From NCBI RefSeq assembly GCF_036971445.1, contig NC_091471.1, forward strand, positions 260,462,001 through 260,526,000: a stretch of DNA of 64,000 bases, written 5' to 3'. Under the pieces are notes generated by a model. That model searched no databases, was not told the origin of the DNA, and saw only the letters and a program-made list of their open reading frames with translations. The stretch is from Narcine bancroftii (taxonomy: Eukaryota). The position numbers and the translations under genes were made by a program. Positions 10,340 to 21,784 of this stretch are shown piece after piece (the stretch's first letter is position 1; every line of letters begins with the position of its first letter).

Positions 10340-11170
10340 CTTTCAAGATATCTTTCTGTACAAAAACCCTTTAAAACCTTTTCCTCTTACCTTAAATCTA
10401 TGGTCTCTTGTTTTTGATAGCCTTAGCATGGAAAAAAAGTTTCTGACTATACCATATTTTATGTATCTCTATCCAGTCACCACTCAGACTCCTTGGCTCC
10501 AAGGAAAAGCCATATAACCATTTACAGCACAGAAACAGGCCAGTTTGGCCTTACTAGTCCATGTAGACTCATCTCCGACCGATCAATGGGACTCGTTGAT
10601 CCACATTTGGCCCATAACCCTCTATACCTCTCCTGTCCACATACCTATCCAACCTATCCTTGAATTTAACATTGATCTCGCCTCTACCATCATTGCCAGA
10701 AGTTCATTCCATACCCCCACCACTCTCTGTGTGAAGAAATTTCCCCTTTTCTCCCCTTTTACTCTCAATCCATGGCCTCTTGTTTGAATCTCCCCCACTC
10801 TCAGTGGAAAAAGCCTAACCACATTGACTCTATCTATCCCCCTTATAATTTTGAATACCTCTATCCCCTCAACCTTCTACAGTCCAGAGAATAAAGTCCC
10901 AACCTGCTCAACCATTCCCTGTAACTCAAACCCTGAAACCCCGGCAACATATTCATAAATCTCCTTTGTACTCTCTCTGTGCTGTAATTCATGCTGTCCA
11001 AACTCTCCCCATAACTCAAGTCCTTCATTTGTGGCACCATCCAAGTGAATCTCATCTACATTCTCTCCAGTGCAGACACATCCTTCCCATAATGTAGGAA
11101 GCACAAATCCACGCAATACTCCTCCGGCAGACTAATCAATGTATTGTAAAGTTGCAACATAACGTCCCAA
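10340..11170 (-). mobile_element. CR1-type LINE 3' fragments (nested)
   Basis: ERVQRRF..MLPG..GLSYRE.L.RLGLYSL, TRGHGLRV and FFTQRVVGVWNEL motifs. Confidence 0.8.
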
Positions 11171-13369
11171 TATTTTTATTTTATGGAGAAACACAAAAGA
11201 TGTTGGAATTTTGAGCAAAGAATTACTGGAGGAACAACTGGTCAAAGAGCATCCATGGGTAGAATGGCCAGTCAATGTTTCAGATCAGGACTCTTTATCA
11301 AGACTGAGGTAGTGAAAAAGTAAAAAGATGAAATATATAGACATATACACGTGAAATAGTTGAATTTTGTGGATCAATTTTTAGGATAAAATGTAGGAGG
11401 TCATCTTTTACATGCATACTACACATCCTTTTAACCATGTAAGTGCCTGCGTCACTCAAGGCATCAGGAACTTGGGTGGATGGTGACATGTATAAGCCCA
11501 CGTTTGAGCCATGGGGAGCTCGAATAGATGGATGGCCAAAGCGATGGTCAGCAGTTGGGGTGTCAGGAGCTCTGGTGGGTGAGCGGCCGGGGTGAGGGTC
11601 CACGTTCAAGTTGTGGGGTGCTTGGATGGGTGGACGGCCGGGTGAGGATCCATGGTCAGAGTGTCGGGAGATCGGATGAACAGGCAACCAGGACACGGTA
11701 TCGACTATTACACATGTACATATGGCATATAAAGGGGGAAAGAAGCTGGGAGAGGGCCTCAGAAGAGGTGTGAGGAGAGGCAGGTACATGGAGAGATCAC
11801 AAGGGAAGGGGAGGAGGGTCATCAATCTGCTTAGTTAATGCTGTAAAAATCTCAATTAAATAAGTGAGGCAAGATTTCCTCCACACAATAACATGCTAGT
11901 TGGATAGAGAATAACAGAGGAGAAGGGATAAGGGGAATGAGTATCTCAATGTGTAGAGGAGTGTAAATACCAGTGGATAGTGAAGGTGGCAAATTCGTGC
12001 TGTTCCTCCTATTTTGTCAGCTTTCTGACCTTTGCCCTTCTCGACCTCTTCCCTCAGACTTTCTCAGAACTGAGTATTATCTGCTTAATGATAACAACTC
12101 ACCTCTGCCCCAGTCTAATTATTCACACTCATACCCTCCCACAGGTAAGCCCAGCTGTGAGGAGACACATTCTACATCTGTCTATGGCTACAAAGGTTTG
12201 CTCTTCCTCTGATGTTCTCAGTGTGAATAAGGCTCCAGCCAGTGAATAAATATCCAGCCAGAGATCAGCTTTGAACTGTACAATTGCGACCAGTTTTTGT
12301 GTCCTTTCCAGCTGCCACTTCATAGTATGAATTATTGCTCACAGAAGGGGGTGCAGAAGAGGCTCATAGAGGGCTAAAAAGACTTTGTCATCCAGAAGGT
12401 TACAAACAGCAGCTTTTACTGGTGCATGGATCCAACAGACATCAACTGTTACCGACTGAGGTATTGGTTCTGCAACTGCTGACTTCCAGTGGATTATATG
12501 GCTAAGCTTTTAATTTTTAATTTAGACATAAAGCAGGGTAACAGGCTACTTCAGCCCACCCCTGGCACATACTCGTGGACCGAAATGGCCGATGTCCAAA
12601 TTAAAAATTAAAAGGTTGGCCATCCCTGGATTATATTGTAGTTCCAGTAACCCTCACTGAGTTTCAGTTCCACAAACTCCAATAATCGATGCTGATATAT
12701 AGATATGAGATATTACATCTGAATTTGTATATTGGTTATAGCTTTGAAATGACAATAGCATGCAATTGGTAAATCTACATGGCAACATGTAGTATATACC
12801 ACACAGTAATCTCGCCCCTGATCTGAAAGCCTTGGCATTATCCATGTCTACCGCTAGATGGCAATGTATTAACATTTTTCTGTTTCAGGTCAATTTTTTT
12901 TATCCCTGAGCTGAACTACTTCACTTTAAAAGCGATCAAATTACTCTGTAGTTCGTGCTTGTTGCATCGATGAGTTGCTTTTGGTTAACATTTTGAAAAC
13001 GTTCTTCGTCAGGGATTAAATCAGAGATCCACAGTGAAGCACATGGAGCCAGTGGATTTGTTCTTGGGAAATTTATAATTAATGTGCCAGCGCCAGGTCT
13101 ATTAATGTTGGACTCGCCTCTTCCCAAATTAATCGTCAGTAGTTGTATGACTATCTTTTAATCTGTCAAAGATTAATGGCCTGTCCTGTTCTGTGCAAAG
13201 GCACAACTTGATCATTGGTGGCAACATTGGAAATTTGGACTTAATTGACAATTCACATGCAGAACTAACTGATACTTTGAATGAACAAAGTATTTATTGC
13301 GGGAAAATGCTCATAGTCAACAATGACAACCCCTTTCAAGCACATCAAGAAACAATTTAAAACACTTGC

Positions 13370-13675
13370 CTCCGTCGCCATTTTTGATACGGGCTAATCT
13401 GACCAACCTGAAGCGACTAAAAGTGGAGGAGGGCTGAATTGGTCGGCGCCATGTTTGTAGCAGGCGTGCTTGCCTGCCCCATCTCCCCCCTCTTTTTTTT
13501 TCAGGCCAACGCCATCTTTGTGACGGGCGAGGGAAATGACCTCCTGATTGGCTCAGCGTCATGTTTGTTGCTGGCGGGCCGCGCCGGCCTCCTGGTTGTG
13601 CGCGCGGGGAGGGGGCGGAGAAGAGGAGGAGGGGGGAGGGGGGTGGGGGGAAAAGCAGCGCGAGGGAAGATGGCG
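13370..13675. promoter_or_regulatory. CpG-island promoter of ELL, probably bidirectional
   Basis: CpG-rich; ATTGG at 13547-13551; GC box GGGGCGGAG at 13612-13620. YY1-type AANATGGCG motifs on the minus strand (13376-84, 13447-55, 13510-18) and on the plus strand over the ELL ATG (13667-75). Confidence 0.75.
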
Positions 13676-13804
13676 ACGCTGAAGGAGAAGCAGAGCTACG
13701 GGCTCTCCTGTGGCAAACTCAGCTCGGGCAGCAAGGTTTCGGTGCTTCACGTCAAACTCACCGACAGCGCGCTGCGCGCTCTCGAGGCCTATCAGAACTG
13801 TAAG
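13670..13804 (+). CDS. ELL: RNA polymerase II elongation factor ELL, coding exon 1 (45 aa)
   Basis: MATLKEKQSYGLSCGKLSSGSKVSVLHVKLTDSALRALEAYQNCK versus human ELL MAALKEDRSYGLSCGRVSDGSKVSVFHVKLTDSALRAF. Kozak AAGATGG; donor AAG|gtgagt. ELL is favoured over ELL2, but the paralog is not formally tested. Confidence 0.92.
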
Positions 13805-16439
13805 GTGAGTGGAGGAGGGGGGGGGGGGAAGAGAGAGAAAAGTGGGGGGGGGGGGGGGTCAGCGGTCCGAACTCCCCCTCTGCGTTCACGGCCACTGGTC
13901 CCGAAGCCCCGGATTTCAGGGGGTCATTCCCTGCTAATGTCGTGTCTACATTAATTGTCTCCCCCGTGGGTGCCTTAACTGTTTGGCAGTAACAGCTTAT
14001 TTATGGCACCTGGTTAGGGACTGCTTACTCTTTATTGCTCACTCCTTTCACCCGACGATACTTAAAACCCAAGGTTCCCTTGAGTGCACCCCTGAATCCC
14101 CCTTCCTCCCTTGACCAAGACTCCTTCCACCCTGGGTTACCCGAAACACCAGCCCCATACATATTCCAAAGCTCAATCTGAACCTATCCCCTCTGTTTTC
14201 CCCTTCAAGATGCACACGTTCTGGTGGTTTATTCCTTGAACTCTCTCTTGTTTACCACTCTTCTTTCTCCCCCCCCCCCCCCCTTTCTGGAATTCCATGT
14301 CCCCCATTTCCTTTCCCTCCACCCTCCATCTAAACACTCATTCTGCAGTGCCCCATTACCTCCCCCCCCTGCCGATCACTGGTTCCTTTTGCCATGGCTG
14401 CAGTTCCTTTCAAGTAAATTTTCTCAGGAATTGACACTGAAATTTTGTCACAAGAGTTTGTGGCTGAATGAGCTATTGTATCCCCATTTGCAATATTCAT
14501 ATTCAAACTATTTCTCTCATCTATGAATTTTAGTGGGTACCTTTTGATCTTAAAAGTCAAATGCTCTTCTGATTTTTCATGGGGTGACAGTCATTTGGAA
14601 TTGATTAATATTCTAACGTTTCATCAGTTTGTGGGTATTGGGATTATAATATATCTTATGTATTTATGCTGTTTACCATTGCTTTTAATGAAATTGTGTT
14701 TGCAAGTCCAAAGGGTGACTGCAGATGTGCTCAACTGAAGGATTTAGACAATTATTTAATTGTATTTGTCTATTAATTGCTGCTTAGTTTTTAATTATTG
14801 AGATTAAGATTTTATGGAACATAGGAGTTTAATCTGATGAGTGGCCTTGTAAATTATGATGGGTGTTGTAAGGTAGACAGTGAACACTTATGAATGAGAC
14901 AACAACTTGTACATTAATATCAGGTAATCTCAGTTAAATGCAAGGTTTATCCCTAGAAATTCAGCAACAAATTCAGGAGAGGCTTTTTTTTCCCAAAGAA
15001 TGGTGTCGATGTGAAAATTATTACTGTAGGGAGTGGTTCAGGTTTTTAGCTACTATTGTTTTCAAGACAAAACTAACAAATAAGGGAGAGGAGTAGAAGA
15101 AAATGGTGATAAGGTGCCATAATGCTTGAAGGCTCATTTTGGATCATTAATGATGGCATAGGTCAGCTAGTCCAAGCAGCCTCATAATTCTATATAGAAA
15201 TGGAAAATAATTGATGAGTAATAAACCATAGGTGAAGCTATTAGGTCCATGCTCCTCAACAGACCTCTCTGCATGCCACTAGATGTAAATTTCCATAGAA
15301 ATAAAAGGATGTGATACATTTAGAAACTTCCTGAAATGGATTTGAAATGCTCTTCACTGACACTCCTATGGGAATCTTGCAGTTGTAAATCATATTCATA
15401 AATGTGCCAAAACTTTATATGACCGGAAAGCTGTCTTTCTCTTCTGAACACTTTGCTTCTAGAAAATGAGGAGGGAACAATAGTTTGGAATTGTTTCTGG
15501 AAGAGACTCTTGTCAGTTATAACTTGGCTGGATCCTGATTTGCTGGAGTATGGATTCTGAATGCATTCCACTCATTTGATTTAATTTCCACTGTGCTGTT
15601 TAATCTGAGCAGTTTTAAAACAGATTTTAGCAATCGCTCTCGATTGATATTAGAACTGCTTTTTGCCTTCTGAAATTCGGGAATTAGCTTGACATTGTTG
15701 CTTTCCAATTGCCTTTGAAATATTTTCAACGGTCCTACTGGTACTTAATAATAGGTTGGTCTTAAAAAATGTGTTTTTTATTAGAAGCAATGACTTGGGT
15801 TTGTCCCTTCATGGGTTAAAAGCTTGATGCTGCAACATTAATTCTCATAGTAAGTTGGTTTTTCACATTTGTAGGAAGGAAATGGATTTGTATGGCCACG
15901 TATCCCTGGTCAAACAATAATACATTTATGCAGGATCTCTATATTAATAATATTTAACAAGAATGTTATCAACAAAATGTTTTTAGGGACAAATGAGACA
16001 CAGAGAGGGAAAAGGGTTAGGGCAAGATTTCCAGTGTACAAGGCCAGATTTTGAAGAGTATACCAGGATTTGGCTACTTAGCTGCTTGCCAATTTATTAT
16101 CAGTAAACCTACTCCTGTGACTACAGCAGAATTGAACGCAAGCGAGTATTTCAAGAAGAATTCCTCTAGTCTAAGGCAGAGTACAGTGGATGGTGATTTT
16201 TAAAAAAAGTTTGTCTGCAGATCACTTCCTTTCTGAATTTTGTCCTAATTTGAAGCAAACGGTTACTGTAGATGTACAAATACTAGCTTTGTTATCTCTG
16301 AGCCCAGGTTCTCTTATTTAATTGAATTGTTTGTCATGAATACTGAGATTCACTGAATGACTATTTGCAGGTTTGTGTGCCATTCAGGTAAATCGACCTA
16401 TATGTAGTAAGAATAAAAGGTGCAAAGGATAATGTTTCA

Positions 16440-17085
16440 ATATAACAAAGGTGTAAGGCATCATATTTCACTCATTTGAGGTCCATGCCAGAACCTGATA
16501 ACAGCTGGAAAGACTGTCCTTGCTTCTGGAGATGAATATTGTGCACCTTCTGCTTTACAAGAGTAGGAGAAGAGATATGACTGGGGTGGAACATGTCCTT
16601 TAATACATTTGGTGCTTTCTGGAGGAAGTGGGAGGTGAAGATGGATTTGATGCAGGGAGGGGTAGTCTTTGTGATGGCCCAAGCTACTTTTACAACTATA
16701 GTTTCTTTCAGTCTTGGGTGGAGCAGTTCCCATACCAAACAGTGAGGTATCTGGGCAAGATACTGTCTGTTGTGTATCTATAAGAATAAGTGAGAGGAAC
16801 TCACAACATGCCAAATTTCCAAAGGCTTCTGAGGAATTAGAGGTGTTGGTGAGGTTGATTGTAGTATCAATTTGGATCAGGGCAGGTTGTTGATCATGTT
16901 TATGCTTAAAAAAAATAGGTTCTTAACTATCTCTAATTCAGCCCTGTTGATACAGATGGGTGTGTGCTCCTCCCTATTTCTTGAAGTCCATGACGAGTTC
17001 CTCCAATTTGCTGACATTGAGGGAGAAGTTATTGTTCTGACACCATGCCACTAGATTCTCTCATTGTTGTTTGAAATCTGGCCTA
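16440..17085 (-). mobile_element. Decayed Rex/Babar LINE fragment
   Basis: Same motif set as other copies (LKDMFHPSH.., FPAVIRF). Confidence 0.6.
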
Positions 17086-19141
17086 CAATGAAGATTATTA
17101 CCCACTGGAATTGGACACCATAATTGCCACACGAATGTTGGCCTTGCCATCAATGCTCACATCCTGAATAATAAATGCAAAGCAGAAATTATTAAATTCA
17201 GTCCAAATCTGGAGGTTACCTAGTGGAGTAGATTGACATGGGTTGAGCTGTGAATATAGCTGAATACTACTGTTGAAAACTTGTTCCTGATCTGATGATG
17301 GGGGAACGTCATTGGTGATTAAGCTGGTGATGTCCAGATGAAGGTAAATTCCCCAATGAGCCCCTGTGGATCATCATGTGGCTTGAGCCAATCATCTACC
17401 TTTAAGACCTGAGATCTGAAGTCTTCTCACATTGACCATCCCTGGTATTTTGGGAGATTGTTATTACTGGAGTCCATCCAATATTTTGTCAAGCCCACCT
17501 TGGGAGTACATAACATAATTAGCAGGAGTCAACCTTTTGGACCACTCCATTTTTCCTACTATGTCATTTTCGTTTATCTGCAAATTCCCCATAACCCCCT
17601 GATTTTTTTTTTCATATTTATTTCTGCTTTTGAATGAAGTTGATGACTGCAGCCCTGAGTGGAAAAAGTTGCTTCTCCTAAATCAAGACTGTACCCTGGT
17701 TCTAGATACCTTAACCAGGCACTGTGGCAACATTTCCACCGCTTCTATGTTTTTAAAACAATTGTAGAGTCATCTGTACGATCACTTTTATTTTTATAAA
17801 CTAAACGAATTGACTTGATCTCTCAAAACATAAATCTATCCATCCTAGGAACTAGTCTGGTGAATGTTTGACTACCTCAAAGGTGAGCATATCCCTTTTT
17901 AAGTGAAGGAGCTCAAACTGGTGTGTAAATTTTCAGGTAGCATAGGGTATCTCTTATTTTTGTGCTCATGTCTTGTAGCAAGGTGAGTATATTATTTTCT
18001 TTTTGGTCATTAACCCTGTATGTTGGCTTTCAGTGACCTATACAAGGAAACCCAAGTCCCTTTGACTTGCCTTCATTTTGCAATCCTTCATTTATTTATT
18101 TTTTTTTGTTTTGCACAGTGAATTAATTTTGTTTTTTTCTGTATATCCAATCTGCCGTGTTCTTGTTCATTCCCATGGAAACCTTTATTATCTCCACTGT
18201 ACTGATAATCCCATCTACGTTTCTATCATCAGCCAATTCATATGTGCACAGTAGTTTATTAATTGCTGGAATCAAAGTGCTGAATCTTGAGATGCTCCAC
18301 TTTTTATGTGTAACAAACTGGGTAAGTTTAACTGCATGTATTTACTCTGTGCCAGTAAATTGCCCCAAATGTGCTCTCTTCCCATTGACCAATAATCTCT
18401 TTAGTACAAATGTATCAAACATTTGAAGATCCGAGTCCAAATGCCCATAAACCATGTGCTCATCATTATTACAGCATTTACATATTTTTTAAAACTAAAT
18501 TAGTTGATCAATCATAAATCCATGCTGTCATTGTTCAGTCATAATCTTTTCAAGGTATTCTGTTATTGCATTTTGTCATTGTAGATTCCAGGATTTTCCC
18601 TTCAATAGAGACCAAAATGAAAATTGATGAGCAGGTCAAGTATAACTTGAAGATACAGATAACTCTCCTCTCCGTTGTTTAAGGGATGGATTGGAGAGGC
18701 TGTCAGTCTTGTAATTGGGTTAAATTCATCCATTTGGTGTATAGGACATACCTTGGCAGACTTTCACATTGCCAGAGAGTTGGTTGATACATTTTCTCCT
18801 TGCTTGGTGAGAATCAAAGGGCCCAGTGTGTGTACTTGGATCATGAATGTCAGGAAGATTTTGGAATTTAACTTGAACTTAAGCATTGAAGCTTGAGTAG
18901 ATTGCTATAGTAGCAATGCCATTTTGTACAACAGTTGATACCTGATAGTCCAATAAAATTGCCAGTTTTTTTCTCTCTAATTCTAAAGACATTTATTATG
19001 CTTATTCACTTTGGATAACAGTTTGCTTTATTGCAACCACTTTTCTGGATTGTTTCATTTTCCACATTGTCGTAATGGTATCTTTTGATTTACTTTTGTC
19101 TGGGCCAATTTTTTTCTTTTATGTCACCATTGTAAAACATT

Positions 19142-19782
19142 AATTTGGAACCTTGCCCATTAATTGCTTTGCTTGGTTTTTCTCGTGATCCAGATAAACA
19201 TATCGGCATCTCACGAAAAAGTTTTAGCTTTTGCCGCGTTGATAGCTAGACGAGCAATCTTATTGAAATGGAAAGATGATTCATCCTCTCTTCATACACA
19301 GTGGTTATATGATGTAATGTCCTGTTAAGTTTAGAAAAAAATAAATATAATTTTAAAGATGGAAAGTTTCAATTTACGAAATTGTGGGGCCCATTCTTAG
19401 AATTTTTTTTATAATTGGAAGAATTAACAATTATTGTATGTTCAGGTGGTTCATTGCCTGTTCTCCAGGGGTCGCCAGTGATCTCATATTATTGATTTTT
19501 TGATAGAGGAAGGGGATAGATTAGATTTAGTTTTAGATTTTAGGTTTTTTTTTCTTTTCCTTTATTTTATTCAAGTTTTCAATAAACGGGTTTAACATGG
19601 TTGCATAGATAATTTCAATCAAATGTTTTTGAGGTAATAACAATTATTGATGTAGTTTTATCTACTTTTTTTCCTCATTGGCTTTTTTTAATGTGCGCTT
19701 GCTTGTATACAAATGAATTATGTAATTGTCAATTCTGCATTTATGCTTATGTTAAACTCAATAAAAATATTTTAAAAAGAAA
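19142..19782 (+). mobile_element. 5'-truncated L1-clade element of a second family
   Basis: LAFAALIARRAILLKWKD..QWLYDVMSC..LEKI remnants, AATAAA and A-rich tail, 10-bp TSD GTAAAACATT (19132-41 / 19783-92). Confidence 0.75.
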
Positions 19783-20627
19783 GTAAAACATTGCAAGATG
19801 CTTCATGGAATGATTAGTCAAAATTTTGGACAGAACCACATCATTTGGTTTAATCGTGTCTTAAGGGAGGTAGGAGAAGTTTTAAAAAAACCCAGCTTTG
19901 CTCAGAGAATATCAAAACTTGAAACCTAGCAATTGAAAGACTGACAATGACCTGCTGAGTATCTCCAGAAGAGATGTTTTGTTCCAGAGTCGACCATCTG
20001 CAGTCTCCTGTGTGTCTGGAGTAATGGTGGTGACTATGCATAAGACTTTGAAAATCTTTGGAGTGGAGGCTGTAGAATTGTAGACTCACTGTCAATACCA
20101 CCAAACTTAGTGAATGTCATACAAGTTGAGGTCAGTAAATTACACACCTATTGCTGCATAGTGTTCCCACATCCCTCTTGTACTCTTCCTGTGATTAGAG
20201 AGATTGCTCATTTACTTAAATCCTCATTTATTGTTTGGGCCTGCATGGCAGCAATTTGCATTGATTCCATGTCTCTAATTTAGGAAAACATTCCAAGCTA
20301 CTTGACGTGTACAGTCAGGGAACTGGCAATATAGTTGTTACTGAGGAAGATCCTAGCCTTGCCATTCCTGATTGCCCATACAGGTGCATTATCAGTACTG
20401 ATAAGCAGTGAAACCTTGAATATTTTTTGCTTCCATAGCCAGTCATATGGAGGTCAGTATGTTGATAGTCACTTAATTGAGATCAACGGACTCAGCAGAA
20501 TCAAACCCGGCATTGTTCCACTCTAGTGACTAACTCCAGAGCAATATGTCAACTTTTGGATGAGATTTTAAACCATTTGCATTTAAATTGTAGCCAAAAA
20601 AAATCTCATGTCCCCCTTTCAAAGGAG

Positions 20628-20822
20628 GACGTGACATAAATCCACTGTGTAAAAGCACCAAAATGCTGGAGGAACTCAGCAGTCTTGCAATGTCGATAAG
20701 TATCTTGAAAAAAATACATATCTTGCCTCCTGTGGATGCTGTGAGACCTGCTGAGCTCCCTCCTCCAGCACTTTTGTGTTTTTACCACAATCACAGCATC
20801 TGCAGACTTTTGTCTTTCACTC
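20628..20822. mobile_element. Fold-back (inverted) pair of Penelope-derived tails
   Basis: aaaatgctggaggaactcagcagtcttgca is complementary to tgtgagacctgctgagct..ctccagcactttt. Confidence 0.6.
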
Positions 20823-21746
20823 CATTTGCTTTGTTTTGGTTCACACTTGAATGAGTGCGTAATCTTAGCAAACAGTGAAGGAATGTTAGAAATACTTGAC
20901 ATTATTATGGTGTCAGCTTAGTGATTCAACCAATATTACTAAAACACATGGTATATAAAAAAAAATAAAATACTGGAAATAATGGACCTCAGAAATAAAA
21001 ACAGGAAATGGAGGAAATACATGAGCCTATATTTGCAGAGAAAAATAGTTAATCAAAGAACGTCAACTGCAGAGGCAAAGTCTCATTGTCTCCACCAATG
21101 ACTTAGAAATCCAAACATGTTTTCAGTTGGGTTACTTCCACACTGCATACTAATGTTATTTTCTTGATCATTGGTGCCATTATTTAGACAACTGATTCTT
21201 TTAAAATATTATTCTAATGTAATTTGTGCACTTTTACATGCAGTGGTGTTGGAAATGCTTATGGATATGTATTTTAATGTGTGATATGCCCCCATCATTA
21301 GATGCCAGGTGTCTTGTCCCATCTTCTGATTTCCCTCATTGTCAAGTTTTTTGTTACCTGATTGGACAAGTACAACCCGACAAAACATTGTTCTTCGGTC
21401 CTCGGTGCAAAACACGCAGACGCACAACCAGACACAACACCAATACATGCAGGACAAGTAATCCCATGTGCAAATACATAAGTATTGTTTCATGAATATG
21501 AGAGTCTCGGATGGTAAGTGTAAGCTGATCCTGTGGCTGTTCAGTATTCTCACTACTCATGGGAAGGAGCTGTTCGTCAGCCTGGTGGTGCTGTCTCTGA
21601 TACTCTTCCATCTTCTTCCCCAACGGGAGCAGCTGAAAGATGTGTGGAAGGGGTTCTTGATGATTTTGTATGCCCTCTTCAGACAATGATCTTGATAGAG
21701 CATGTTGATTGGGGAGAAAGGAGACTCCAGTGATCCCCTCTGCCAC

Positions 21747-21750
<4 letters not shown>

Positions 21751-21784
<34 letters not shown>

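Noticed and set aside
11973-12249. Intergenic ORFs with a CAG|GTAAGC donor at ~12144
   Set aside because: No recognisable protein homology or partner exon; cannot be supported.
13439-13669. In-frame N-terminal extension of ELL from the ATG at 13451
   Set aside because: It lies upstream of the CCAAT/GC boxes and is low complexity. Homology to ELL starts at 13670, which has a strong Kozak context.
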